DNA of 64,000 nt, taken from contig JAJHRG010000001.1 in NCBI GenBank assembly GCA_020832905.1, positions 64,809-128,808 on the forward strand. Reading direction: 5' to 3'. The position numbers were made by a program, and so were the translations under genes. A model generated the notes under the pieces. That model had not been told where the DNA came from and searched no databases. It saw only the letters and a program-made list of their open reading frames with translations. This document shows positions 41,757 through 52,280 of this stretch, in pieces. Source of the stretch: Thermoproteota archaeon (GTDB lineage: Archaea; Thermoproteota; Methanomethylicia; Methanomethylicales; Methanomethylicaceae). Within the stretch, counting starts at the first letter, position 1, and each line of letters starts with the position of its first letter.

Positions 41757-43538
41757 TTATATGTGATACAAAATTATTCCTAATAAAATTGTCACAATCA
41801 TTATAATCAATCCAGTTTTCTTTGCTTTTCTAATATTTTCATCAGTTACTTTCCAAAGTATTTCTAAGCCTTCATTACCTAAGAAATGCAAATTTTTTAG
41901 ATTTATTTTATAAAATTTTATAGAACATTCTTCCTTTTTTGTGTTTGCATCTTTTACTAATTCAATTACTTTTTTAATAATAGCTTCTTTATCAATATTT
42001 TTTCCTATTGGAATATATCCTTCTTTTATTTTCCATCCTACTACTACATGTGTATCAGTTGTTGCAACTTCTGAATTTTCATATCCCTCCTTCTCTAATG
42101 CAGCTATTATTTCTTCTCTTAATCCTTTTATCATATTATTTCCATCAAAGACTATATAAGCAGTTTTTTGTCCTTCTACATCTACTACCATTACCATTAT
42201 TCCTCCATCTCCAAATCCATCATGATATGAATAATTTTCAAATTTTGAACATGAAAATCCTACTAATGCCTTATCATATTTACTATTTTTTAATTCTTCA
42301 AGACATTCTTCTAATGTTTCTACAATATTTTTTTCATCTTCTTCTCTAAAATCAATATATGATGTATCTATTGCATTATGTGCATCTATTATTATTCCAT
42401 CAGAAAAACCTTTTTCAATAATCTTCTTCATACAAATATCATTAACTCTTTCTGGAAGATCTTCTGTTGGTATAGGTGCTCTACTTATTATAACTAATGG
42501 AATATTATTGAAAATTTGACAAGTAATAGTGATGTCTCCTTTCTTTTTTCTTATAGATTTTGATACTATACCATAATTATTACAATTATGTTCTATTGAT
42601 AGAACTGAATCAATTATGGCTTCACACTCTTTTGAAAATATTAAATCTTTTTCATGAGTTGATGGTGCATGAAAAATTATTGGTATAATTCCTTTTTCCT
42701 TAAGTCTTATTGCTAATTTACTAGGTAGATCACTACTTCCAACTTTCTTAAAAGGTCCAAAATGAATATTTGGTACTACTATTCTTCCAGAAATTTTCTT
42801 ACCTTTAAAATCAAGAATCTTGATTTCTGCATCTTTAGTTATTGAAACTATTTTCAATAATTTTTCTAATAATCTAGTTTTGTTCATCATCATTGCTTCT
42901 ATAAATCCTCTAAGTAATTTCAAAGTACTTAATCCTAAGATCTCCTTTCCAATTTTCTCTATATACTTCAAGTATATTATTGCTAAAGTAAAGGAGAAAA
43001 TAATCATAATAATAAAGCTTAATAAAGGTAATAGATAGTCTTTTTCTAAGAATTTCATTTGTATTATACGAAATGTTAACATTAGTAGTGGATGAATAAT
43101 ACTTGCAATGAATAGCTTCTTAGTATTTATTACTGTTAATGCTCCAATAACTATTCCATAAAATAATACAATTGATCCACATGTTATGAAATATATTCTT
43201 TCTAGTAATAGATTTTCATTTAGTATTTTGAATAATATCATACTAATTATTTCTACTACTCCAATTATTACTGTACCAATAAGTATAAGTCCAAGAACTC
43301 TTCTTCTATTGAAAAAACTATCTCTTAGAATACTACATAATATATAGCTACTTAGTATGCTAGAGATTAAGTAAACAAATATTGCCTCATATATTATTAT
43401 AAATAATGAAAACTTAGCTATAAGATAGTTCATTATACTTATGGTAGTACTAAATATAATTATTACCATTATAGTATAGCTTTCTTTAGGAATTCCAAAG
43501 ATACTTTTATATTTTTCAACAAATTTATCTGTTGACAA
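41757..43538 (-). CDS. Conserved archaeal polytopic membrane protein with a large cytoplasmic C-terminal domain (DUF2070-like)
   Basis: About 7 N-terminal TM helices, then about 330 aa of soluble domain, then a terminal TM helix. Function unknown. Confidence 0.5.
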   Translation of the reverse strand: MSTDKFVEKYKSIFGIPKESYTIMVIIIFSTTISIMNYLIAKFSLFIIIYEAIFVYLISSILSSYILCSILRDSFFNRRRVLGLILIGTVIIGVVEIISMILFKILNENLLLERIYFITCGSIVLFYGIVIGALTVINTKKLFIASIIHPLLMLTFRIIQMKFLEKDYLLPLLSFIIMIIFSFTLAIIYLKYIEKIGKEILGLSTLKLLRGFIEAMMMNKTRLLEKLLKIVSITKDAEIKILDFKGKKISGRIVVPNIHFGPFKKVGSSDLPSKLAIRLKEKGIIPIIFHAPSTHEKDLIFSKECEAIIDSVLSIEHNCNNYGIVSKSIRKKKGDITITCQIFNNIPLVIISRAPIPTEDLPERVNDICMKKIIEKGFSDGIIIDAHNAIDTSYIDFREEDEKNIVETLEECLEELKNSKYDKALVGFSCSKFENYSYHDGFGDGGIMVMVVDVEGQKTAYIVFDGNNMIKGLREEIIAALEKEGYENSEVATTDTHVVVGWKIKEGYIPIGKNIDKEAIIKKVIELVKDANTKKEECSIKFYKINLKNLHFLGNEGLEILWKVTDENIRKAKKTGLIIMIVTILLGIILYHI

Positions 43539-43610
43539 TCAATCTCCCAATACTCAATTAAGTAAAAAGAATAAAAACTTTATATCTACTTAGTAATTAA
43601 GTGAGTAATC

Positions 43611-44597
43611 TTGATCAGTATATACTGGAATAATGGAATAATTATTAAAATTAATGATTTTGAAATTATACTTGATCCTATTACTAATGTTAATAAAAAC
43701 TCATCAATATTTATATCTCATGCTCATAAAGATCATATTTATGGTTTACTAAATGAATATTGTTTAAAATACTCTACTCCTCAAACAATTGCTATAGGTG
43801 AAGTTTTAATAAATAAGAAAATAAAAAATATAGTACCTTGCAATTATGGTGAGAGTATAAAATTTCATAATTTAGAACTTCAACTTATAAATTCAGGTCA
43901 TGTTTTTGGATCAGCTGCTTTAATAATTAGAAGTAAGGATGTGACTCTACTATACACTGGAGATTTTAACTTTACAAAAACTCTGATACAAGAAGCAATA
44001 TCACCAATTGAGTGTGATATTATGATAGTAGAAGCAACATATGGCAAGCCAGGAATGGTTTTTCCACCACGTGAAGAAGTATACTTAGATATAATTTCAT
44101 GGGTTGCAAAAACAATTAATAATGGCTTTCTTCCCATACTTTTAGTTTATCCTTTAGGTAAAGCTCAAGAAATAACTAAACTCTTCAATAAGTTTTCTTC
44201 TATTCCTGTAGTTACACATCCTAAAATATCTAAGATAAATGAAGTAGTTAGAAATTTTGGTGAAAATTTAATTTTTTATGATTTAAATGAAGATGGAAAA
44301 GAATTAGTTGATAGTAGAGATTGTGTAGTTCTATTTCCTTTTAGCTATAATACAAATAGATTAAGAATTAAATACCCAAACTCTAAGATAGGTATTGTAA
44401 CTGGTTGGGCAATACTTTACAAAAATATAAAAAATGCTGATATCAGCTTTCCTTTAAGTTCTCATGCTGATTATCCTCAATTAATTAATTTTATTTCAAA
44501 ATGTAATCCAAAAAAAGTATTTACAGTTTATGGTTATACAAAAGAATTAGCAAGATCTTTAAGAAAAATTGGTATTGATGCAAGATCAATTATATGA
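43611..44597 (+). CDS. Metallo-beta-lactamase-fold protein, beta-CASP-like (putative RNA-processing nuclease)
   Basis: ISHAHKDH and a downstream GHVFGSA...LYTGDF and MIVEATYG, typical of the MBL plus beta-CASP arrangement. Confidence 0.55.
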   Translation: MISIYWNNGIIIKINDFEIILDPITNVNKNSSIFISHAHKDHIYGLLNEYCLKYSTPQTIAIGEVLINKKIKNIVPCNYGESIKFHNLELQLINSGHVFGSAALIIRSKDVTLLYTGDFNFTKTLIQEAISPIECDIMIVEATYGKPGMVFPPREEVYLDIISWVAKTINNGFLPILLVYPLGKAQEITKLFNKFSSIPVVTHPKISKINEVVRNFGENLIFYDLNEDGKELVDSRDCVVLFPFSYNTNRLRIKYPNSKIGIVTGWAILYKNIKNADISFPLSSHADYPQLINFISKCNPKKVFTVYGYTKELARSLRKIGIDARSII

Positions 44598-44843
44598 ATT
44601 TTAACCAAATATTAAATGTGCTAAAATTACACTTATAATTAATATTATACTACTAATAATAACATATACTGGTTTTATCTTTATACCATGTATTTCTTCT
44701 TCAAAGAATCTTATTAATCCTGCACCTGTTATTGGCATAGGTGCTTCTTTTTTTCTTTCTCTTTTTGGCATTTTTATCATATATTAAAGAAATCGATTCC
44801 TTTATTAATTTTATCCTCGAAAATATAATGAGGTAATATAGCT

Positions 44844-46172
44844 ATGAGTAAGGAGAAAATAGATCCTAAATTAGCTTATGAGAAAATTCTTAAATGCTTA
44901 GAAGCTCATCATGAAATGATGAAAAATGCTATTCCACTTATTGCTAGTGAAAATATTCCAAGTCCTGCTGTTAGAGAAGCTTTAGCAAGTGATTTTGGAA
45001 ATAGATATGCAGAAGGTTGGGTAGGTGAACGACTTTATGCAGGCTGTAAATACATAGATGAAGTAGAGTCAATTGCTATAGAACTTGGTAAGATACTATT
45101 TAATGCTGAATTTATTGATGTTAGACCTATTTCTGGTGTTATTGCTAATTTGGTTGCATTTTCAGCATTTGCCAATCCATATGATATTGCTTTTGCTCTA
45201 TCAATACCAACTGGTGGTCATATTAGTCATGGTAAAAAAACTATTGGAGGAACAGCTGGTGCTATAAGAGAATTAGAAATATATAATTATCCATTTGATG
45301 AAGAAAATTTCAATATTGATGTAGATAAAACTATTTCATTAATAAAAGAATTAGAGGCTAATGGAAAAAAACCAAAATTATTTATATTAGGTGCAAGTGT
45401 ATTTCTATTTCCACATCCTGTAAAAGAAATTGCAGATATTGCTAAAACTTATGATGCTAAAGTTATTTATGATGGAGCACATGTTGCAGGTCTTATAGCT
45501 GGAGGTATTTTTCAAGACCCTTTACGTGAGGGTGCTGATGTTTTTACTATGAGTACACATAAAACATTAGCAGGCCCTCAGCATGGTGCTATTGTCTCTT
45601 GGTCTAAGTATGCTGAAACTATAAAGAGAATTGTTTTTCCAGGTCTTGTAAGTAATCATCATCTTCATGCAGTTGCAGGTGTAGCCATAGCTTTTGCTGA
45701 AGCTATTAAGTTTTATAATGAGTATGCAAGAGCAATAGTATCAAATTCTAAAGCATTAGCACAAGCATTATATGAACTTGGTTTTGATGTATTATGTGAG
45801 AAAAAAGGATTTACAGAATCTCATATGATTCTTGTTGATGTTTCTAAGTATGGAAATGGATTTGAAGTAGAAAAGAAATTAGAAGAATGTAATATACTAG
45901 TAAATAGAAATCTTTTACCATATGATAAGAGAATGAAGAGGGATTATAGAGCACCTGGAGGAATAAGAATAGGTGTTCAAGAAGTAACACGATTAGGTAT
46001 GGGCAAATCAGAAATGATTGAAATTGCTAATTTAATGAAAATGGCTATAATAGATAAAAAAGATCCAAAAATTATTAGAGAAAAAGTAGTAGAATTAAGA
46101 AAGGACTTTCAAAAAGTAAAATATTGCTTCTCATCAATTAATGATGCTTATGAATATATAAGAATAAGGTAA
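44844..46172 (+). CDS. glyA: Serine hydroxymethyltransferase
   Basis: LIASENIPSPAVREALASDFGNRYAEGWVGERLYAGC and the PLP lysine region STHKTLAGPQHG. Confidence 0.9.
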   Translation: MSKEKIDPKLAYEKILKCLEAHHEMMKNAIPLIASENIPSPAVREALASDFGNRYAEGWVGERLYAGCKYIDEVESIAIELGKILFNAEFIDVRPISGVIANLVAFSAFANPYDIAFALSIPTGGHISHGKKTIGGTAGAIRELEIYNYPFDEENFNIDVDKTISLIKELEANGKKPKLFILGASVFLFPHPVKEIADIAKTYDAKVIYDGAHVAGLIAGGIFQDPLREGADVFTMSTHKTLAGPQHGAIVSWSKYAETIKRIVFPGLVSNHHLHAVAGVAIAFAEAIKFYNEYARAIVSNSKALAQALYELGFDVLCEKKGFTESHMILVDVSKYGNGFEVEKKLEECNILVNRNLLPYDKRMKRDYRAPGGIRIGVQEVTRLGMGKSEMIEIANLMKMAIIDKKDPKIIREKVVELRKDFQKVKYCFSSINDAYEYIRIR

Positions 46173-46178
46173 TGAAAA

Positions 46179-46463
46179 ATGAGTATAAATGAAGCACAAG
46201 AACTAATGCTAAAGATTTATGGTGAGCGAGATAAAAAGCGTGGTGCAGAAGGAACTTTTATTTGGCTTATTGAAGAAATAGGAGAATTAGCAGAAGCAAT
46301 AAGAAAGAAGGATGATAAGAGTATAAGAGAAGAAATGGCTGATGTTCTTGCATGGCTTTTTTCACTAGCAAATGTATTAAATATCGATTTATCTAAATGT
46401 TTTTTAGAGAGGTACTCAAAGTGTCCACGATGTAAAAATATTCCATGTAGTTGTAATTTCTAG
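46179..46463 (+). CDS. MazG-like nucleotide pyrophosphohydrolase (small, single domain) with a C-terminal Cys4 ribbon
   Basis: EEIGELAEAIRKKD...EEMADVLAWLFSLAN is the MazG EExxE/D signature. CPRCKNIPCSC at the C-terminus. Confidence 0.7.
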   Translation: MSINEAQELMLKIYGERDKKRGAEGTFIWLIEEIGELAEAIRKKDDKSIREEMADVLAWLFSLANVLNIDLSKCFLERYSKCPRCKNIPCSCNF

Positions 46464-46473
46464 GTGGGTAGTA

Positions 46474-47307
46474 GTGATTTATGTAAAGGATATAATGAAT
46501 AAAGATGTAGTGTATTTAGAGGTACCTGGTAATAGAAATGAATTTTTTAAAAAATTTATGGAGAAGAAAGTATCTGGTTTTCCAGTAGTAAAGAAAGGTA
46601 CAAAACAAATTATTGGAATAATTACAAGAGAAGATATATTAAAAAAAGGAGATGAAGAGCAAATTGCTCTTATTATGAATAAAAATGTTATAACAATTAC
46701 TCCAGAAACTCCTTTAGATGATTGTATAAAAATAATGAAAGAAAAAGGTTATAGAAGAATTCCTGTTGTTGTAGATAAAGAACTTGTTGGAATAATAACT
46801 ATAGGTGATATAGTGCATAAATTACTAGTAAAATCAACATCTAATCTAAAAGTTAAAGATTTAATGTCTCCAATAGGATTAGTTTGTTGGGATAATACTC
46901 CTTTAAATATAGTTGGAAAAATAATGATAATGACAAAATCACATGTAGCTTTATCTATTAATCGTAATGAACAAATTAATGGAATATTATCTTTAACTGA
47001 TTTAATAAAATATAGTGAAATTAGAATAGAGGAAAAAAAGACAGTTTTAAAAGCAGGATCTGAAGGACAAGAATGGGATTGGGAAACTACTTCTTTTCTC
47101 TTAATTACTAAGGGAAAAATAACCTTACCAGAAATACCTTTATATCAGGCAATATCTACTCCATGTATTACTATACTCGAAAATGCTAGTGTAAGTGAAT
47201 GTGCCATAAAGATGAAAAAATATGATGTTGATCAACTAGTTGTAGTAAATGCAAAAAATGAAATTCAAGGAATTATTTTTGATAGAGACTTACTAAAATC
47301 ATTGTGA
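46474..47307 (+). CDS. CBS-domain protein (four tandem CBS motifs)
   Basis: Repeated I/V-x-x-P-V-V-D/K patterns and hydrophobic beta-alpha-beta units. Confidence 0.7.
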   Translation: MIYVKDIMNKDVVYLEVPGNRNEFFKKFMEKKVSGFPVVKKGTKQIIGIITREDILKKGDEEQIALIMNKNVITITPETPLDDCIKIMKEKGYRRIPVVVDKELVGIITIGDIVHKLLVKSTSNLKVKDLMSPIGLVCWDNTPLNIVGKIMIMTKSHVALSINRNEQINGILSLTDLIKYSEIRIEEKKTVLKAGSEGQEWDWETTSFLLITKGKITLPEIPLYQAISTPCITILENASVSECAIKMKKYDVDQLVVVNAKNEIQGIIFDRDLLKSL

Positions 47308-50300
47308 CATAAATTCTTCTAATGATATTATCCTTCTCTTATTCTTAATTAGATCGTTTAAACTTCTCTCAATAAGCTCTATTTCTTGTTTTATAAAGTT
47401 ATCAAGATTAAATTCCTTAGCAAGAGAGTATGAAATATTAAGATATTTACTTATATTTCCTTCATGAACAGATAATACTAATTCATTATTACACTTTATA
47501 CATCTTCCCTTTAATGGAATTCTCCTATATTTTGCACCACATCTTGTACATCTAAATTTTTGAGTAAGAAATGCTCTAAAATTACCTACTAAATCAGGTA
47601 TAAAATGATGTTTTAATAATCTTTCTGCTACATCTTTTGCATCAACAGCACGTATTTTTATTGCTAAATTAAGTTGCTTCCTTACTTTTTCTTCCATATT
47701 TCTTATTTTATCATATTCTGTAACTAAAGGACCAGTATTTATATCATGATTATATATTGAAAAGTTTAAATTAATATACTGATCTTGTTTTCCTAATTTT
47801 TTCTTAACTATTTCTATAAACTTTAGAGCTTCACTTGGACTACTATATTCTTCACATAATGAATAAAATTCCAATGGTAGTCTTTCTACAACTTCAATAT
47901 TATGGCATTCATCATCTACTTCTGATGGGTCAATTATTACTGTTAATACTAATGGAGCATCCATTAATCCTCCTACTTTTTCTGGTAAGTAATGTCTAGA
48001 GAAATCTATTAATGCTTGTAATGCTAACATTATAGCATCTTCATCTCCATCACAATTTCTTCTCTTTGCAGCATGCCAAAATGGATGTGCATAACATACT
48101 GAGGCCTTCGTAAAGCCTATTATTCTACCTATAACTCCTGCAGAAGTATGAGGTGCTAATCCAATTACAAGATGACCTACTAAATCTTTATAACTATTAA
48201 GTCTATAATATGGTTCTAAACCATAAACCTCTTTTAAAAGTTCATCAACATAATTTGCTACTCTATATAAATACTTTGCACAACTTTCTGGTATTATAAT
48301 ATCTTGAACTTTAAGTTCTAATATCTGATCTTCACTTTTTAATTCATTACCTTTATAGTCTTTTGTATAGCCTAATTCTTTAAGTTTTTCTATACTTACT
48401 CCAATTTCTGATGGTTTAAAATGAGTTAAAGGAGCATTTGTTATATCGTATCTTATAGTTCCGTCTTTATAAATGAAAACTTTATGTTTACATCTTAGAA
48501 TTCCTTTTTCTATTATTTCTGGAATCTTTTTGGAATTACTTAGTCCTTTTACTCCTTTAATTACACTATCCTTACTAACACCAAATCTAGATAATTTTTC
48601 AAAGAAATCACTTATGGTAATTATTCTTTTATTATATGGAAGTATCTTAACTCCACATTTTTTACATACATCTTTTTCATAATAACTATTACAATTTTGA
48701 CAATAGTAAATTTGAATAGTTCGAATATTACATTTTCTACAAATATTTTCATAAGTTATCATATTACAGTTAGGACATTTTTTAAGTACAATTTCTACTT
48801 CTATCTCTCCTAATTGCATAGCTTTTACAATATTTCTTTGTGAACCACCTGCTAATCCTACTGGAAAGAGTACATGAACAGGTGGTTTCATGACCCTTTC
48901 TTTAGCTTTCTCAGGTCTTCCCATTCTAGCTCCTATAAAGGATCTTCCTTTAGCTTTTATTTTAATTCCACAACACTTACTAAGATATTCAATACTATCA
49001 CTAATTTTTTCATCATTAAGAATATTTTTAGAAGAAAATAAGGTCTCAATAATTTTTGAATCTTCAAAAGTTATTGTTTTTTCTTCTTTATTATATTTAT
49101 GTGGAATACATGCTTTTTCTAATATCTTCTTTAAGATTTCATTTTTTAAAGGAACCTTAGAATAATCCTTAACATTTCTTAACCATTCTTGAAGAACTTT
49201 TATTTCTTCAATACTTATATTCTCCCAAAAATAAGTGTATCTAGGATGTAATGGTATTTCTAATTTTTTGGAAATAATTAAAGCTTCTTCTTCATTTGGT
49301 TTATATAATAATGGATTATCAATAAATTCTTTTAATCGTTCTTTACTAATACCTAGTTCTATTGCTACTTTTTCAATATTTCCTTCTACTTTTCTTCTAA
49401 GTTCTTCTGCCCAAATTTCTTCACAATATCCTGGTGGCATTAATCTATGATTATTTTCTAAAAATTCTCCTATAGCAACTAACATATCTCCAAGAAAGAG
49501 GATTTCTTCAACATTATCTTTTACTTTTTTTGCAATTTCAACATTTTCTACTCTTATTACATCTCCATTCTTTAACTTAACAATTGGGCCTTCAATAGTA
49601 TCTACTGGTGTTATAGTTGCACTTTTTCCTGGTCTTTCTATTCTTAATTGAGTACCTATTGCAATAAAACTTTCTAATATAATCATAGTTGCTGGATTAA
49701 TTCCAACTGCAGCAAGTCCTGTATTTCTTGCACGGCCATATCTTAATCGAAATCCTCCAAATCTTGATGGATGTGAAAATATAGGTCTTCCTCCTACAAC
49801 ATCTACTAAATATTTATCATCAGGTTGGATTTTATTTTGATTTTCTTCATTTTCCTTAAATTTTATATTTAACCAACTCCAATCAAGTCCAATCTTTTCT
49901 ACAATCTTCTTTAGTTTTTCAGCTTTACCATAAATTCCATCATTTATAACTCTTAGAGCTCCTCCTCTTACATAATTTGTTTCTATTCTTTCAAGATTTC
50001 TATAAACTGAGACTTGATATTTATCTGTTGGAGGACCAGTTACCTCAACAGGTAAATAGCTTAGTATTCTCCTTAATTCATCATCTGATGGATGATACTG
50101 AAATCTTCCTACTTTTCTTTCATATAATCTTATTTCTTCAATAAATCTTCCTATTTCTTCATTAGTGATCTTATATCTATCTAAATGAAGAAGAATTCTT
50201 ATATAATCACCAAATACAACAGTAAGTGCTTGTTCAGTACCACCTGCAGACCTCATAGGTCCTGCATAGTATATTGCAAGATACTTACTTCCATCAAAAT

Positions 50301-50685
50301 TTCTTTTGATTCTAACACTTTCTATTCCTTGTAATGGTGCAGCAGTAATTCCCTCTGTCATAATGGCTAATGCTGCTCTTAAAGCTTTATCAGCAGCTAC
50401 TTCATCATTAAATTTACCAAATTTACCATTTATTATATCTTCTATTATTTTAAATGCAACTTCTTCTCTTGAAAATTTCTCTTTTAATTCTCTAATTCTT
50501 TTTCCTATTCCACTAATTCCAATTAATCCCTCAACTCTTGCAGCTAAATCTTCAGCTTTATAAATTTCAACATAAGGTTCAGGATCAAGTCCTTTACTTC
50601 TTGCTTTATTTGCAATTTCATATAGTTTATTTACATGATTAATTATATCATAAAAGTATTTCTGAGTATTAGCATCACAAATCAT
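47299..50685 (-). CDS. polD: DNA polymerase II (PolD) large subunit DP2
   Basis: 1128 aa. Catalytic NCDGDEDA motif. Multiple Zn-binding CxxC clusters (CPNCN...CRKCN, CQNCN...CKKCG, CTRCG...CIKCN). No intein. Confidence 0.95.
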   Translation of the reverse strand: MICDANTQKYFYDIINHVNKLYEIANKARSKGLDPEPYVEIYKAEDLAARVEGLIGISGIGKRIRELKEKFSREEVAFKIIEDIINGKFGKFNDEVAADKALRAALAIMTEGITAAPLQGIESVRIKRNFDGSKYLAIYYAGPMRSAGGTEQALTVVFGDYIRILLHLDRYKITNEEIGRFIEEIRLYERKVGRFQYHPSDDELRRILSYLPVEVTGPPTDKYQVSVYRNLERIETNYVRGGALRVINDGIYGKAEKLKKIVEKIGLDWSWLNIKFKENEENQNKIQPDDKYLVDVVGGRPIFSHPSRFGGFRLRYGRARNTGLAAVGINPATMIILESFIAIGTQLRIERPGKSATITPVDTIEGPIVKLKNGDVIRVENVEIAKKVKDNVEEILFLGDMLVAIGEFLENNHRLMPPGYCEEIWAEELRRKVEGNIEKVAIELGISKERLKEFIDNPLLYKPNEEEALIISKKLEIPLHPRYTYFWENISIEEIKVLQEWLRNVKDYSKVPLKNEILKKILEKACIPHKYNKEEKTITFEDSKIIETLFSSKNILNDEKISDSIEYLSKCCGIKIKAKGRSFIGARMGRPEKAKERVMKPPVHVLFPVGLAGGSQRNIVKAMQLGEIEVEIVLKKCPNCNMITYENICRKCNIRTIQIYYCQNCNSYYEKDVCKKCGVKILPYNKRIITISDFFEKLSRFGVSKDSVIKGVKGLSNSKKIPEIIEKGILRCKHKVFIYKDGTIRYDITNAPLTHFKPSEIGVSIEKLKELGYTKDYKGNELKSEDQILELKVQDIIIPESCAKYLYRVANYVDELLKEVYGLEPYYRLNSYKDLVGHLVIGLAPHTSAGVIGRIIGFTKASVCYAHPFWHAAKRRNCDGDEDAIMLALQALIDFSRHYLPEKVGGLMDAPLVLTVIIDPSEVDDECHNIEVVERLPLEFYSLCEEYSSPSEALKFIEIVKKKLGKQDQYINLNFSIYNHDINTGPLVTEYDKIRNMEEKVRKQLNLAIKIRAVDAKDVAERLLKHHFIPDLVGNFRAFLTQKFRCTRCGAKYRRIPLKGRCIKCNNELVLSVHEGNISKYLNISYSLAKEFNLDNFIKQEIELIERSLNDLIKNKRRIISLEEFMSQ

Positions 50686-51275
50686 AATGTTACCTCCAAT
50701 AAATTATATACTAAACTCATTCCTAGTGGTAATATAAAATTATCATCAAATTTAAAATCTACAATATCAAAAATAAAAAAACTTATTCCTAGTAGTATAG
50801 GAGTAGTAATCACATGAATGGAAAGTAATAAGTTAAGTAATATATATGAAATAAAAGTTACTGTTATCATACCCAAAAAACTTCCCTCTATGGTTTTATT
50901 TTTTATTCTATGCTTTCCTAATGCTATTCCACTAATTGCTGATATTGCATCTCCAATTAATGCTGATGTAATACCTATGATAATTGAATTTCTTGAAAAA
51001 AAGAAAACAATAATTAAAGCAGCTACACAAAAGTATATATATGATGCTAATGCAGTTTTTTCAAAACTTCTTATTATTTCTCCTGAAATCCTATTTAAGG
51101 GGAATAAAATAGGTGCTCTTATTCTTATAAATTCAAGAAAAATAAAAATTAATAATAATATTGAAAGATAAAAAATTGTTAAATCTTTTCCAAATAGAAC
51201 ATATATTATAGGTACTAGTACTCCTAAAATATGAAAAGTTTTTCTTACTAGTTCTTTTTTAATAGCTTTTTGCAT
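50682..51275 (-). CDS. Small polytopic membrane protein; possibly a CTP-transferase/dolichol-kinase-like enzyme (CDP-archaeol synthase candidate)
   Basis: 197 aa with about 6 TM helices and an N-terminal RKTFHILGVLVPIIY. Adjacent to the GGGP synthase gene. The family assignment is tentative. Confidence 0.35.
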   Translation of the reverse strand: MQKAIKKELVRKTFHILGVLVPIIYVLFGKDLTIFYLSILLLIFIFLEFIRIRAPILFPLNRISGEIIRSFEKTALASYIYFCVAALIIVFFFSRNSIIIGITSALIGDAISAISGIALGKHRIKNKTIEGSFLGMITVTFISYILLNLLLSIHVITTPILLGISFFIFDIVDFKFDDNFILPLGMSLVYNLLEVTL

Positions 51276-52017
51276 TCACTCCTTCCTCAATACCATCTAC
51301 AATATCTTTTAATAACTCTATATTATTTTCTAAAATTGTTCCTGTTACTATTATTTCAGCACCTGCTTTTGCTAGTTCTTTTGCTTGTTCTTTATTTTTT
51401 ATTCCTCCTCCAACTATTAAATGACTCTCATCTAACATTTCTCTAACATTTCTAACTATATTTGCTGGAATAGGCTCACTTGCTCCTGATCCTCTTTCAA
51501 GATAAATAAATCTCATACCCATATATTGAGCAGCAAGTGCATACATTGTAATAATCTCTGGTTTATCTATAGGTATTGGATTTGCTTGACTTACAAAACC
51601 AGCAGTTCCTCCTGGACTTATTATAATGTATGCAAGAGGAATTGCTTCTAAATTATATGATTTTATTATTCTTGCACTTATTGCTTGTGCTCCAGTTATA
51701 TAATAAGGATTCGAAGAATTTAAAACAGATAAGAACCATATAGCATCTGCATATTTAGAAATACTTGCAATATTTCCAGGAAATATTATAACTGGAAGAT
51801 CGGATCCATCTTTTAATCCCTTTATTATTTCATCTAATTTTTCACCAAGATATGTAGAACCTCCCACCATTATTGCTGTAGAACCTGCCTCCTTAATTAT
51901 CTTAGAAAGATACTTGGAATCTTCTGGATTACATTTTTCAGGGTCTATTAATGCAATATGAATACATCCTTTTTCCTTAATCTTAGATACTAGGTATTTT
52001 TCAACTCTTCTTAACAT
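51259..52017 (-). CDS. Geranylgeranylglyceryl phosphate synthase (PcrB/GGGPS family)
   Basis: TIM-barrel prenyltransferase signatures: FIYLERGSGASEPIP and IVGGGIKNKEQAKELAKAGAEIIVTG. Confidence 0.85.
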   Translation of the reverse strand: MLRRVEKYLVSKIKEKGCIHIALIDPEKCNPEDSKYLSKIIKEAGSTAIMVGGSTYLGEKLDEIIKGLKDGSDLPVIIFPGNIASISKYADAIWFLSVLNSSNPYYITGAQAISARIIKSYNLEAIPLAYIIISPGGTAGFVSQANPIPIDKPEIITMYALAAQYMGMRFIYLERGSGASEPIPANIVRNVREMLDESHLIVGGGIKNKEQAKELAKAGAEIIVTGTILENNIELLKDIVDGIEEGVNAKSY

Positions 52018-52275
52018 CTATTTTTTCACCACTCCATAATATTTATCAATGAACTTACCATAAGCATCAACAATATCTTCAACTTTTGTTATCTCTACTG
52101 TATCTGAGAGATTACATCTTCCACATTTTACTATAGCAACTCTTACTTCTTCGTTTTCTTCTTTATTAATAGATATAGTAAGATTTTTTCCTCCACAATT
52201 TGGACATACAAATATCTTAGGTAAAGTCTTCTTAACCTTTTTTACTATTACTTTTTTTCTTCTTCTTCCTCCCAT
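52018..52275 (-). CDS. Transcription elongation factor Elf1-like zinc-ribbon protein
   Basis: Basic N-terminus. CPNCGG...VKCGRC (C4 ribbon). 85 aa. Confidence 0.65.
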   Translation of the reverse strand: MGGRRRKKVIVKKVKKTLPKIFVCPNCGGKNLTISINKEENEEVRVAIVKCGRCNLSDTVEITKVEDIVDAYGKFIDKYYGVVKK

Positions 52276-52280
52276 AGAAC

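Noticed and set aside
47299-50685. Intein in PolD DP2
   Set aside because: The length (1128 aa) is at the intein-free size. No Hint/LAGLIDADG blocks are seen, and the NCDGDEDA region is contiguous.
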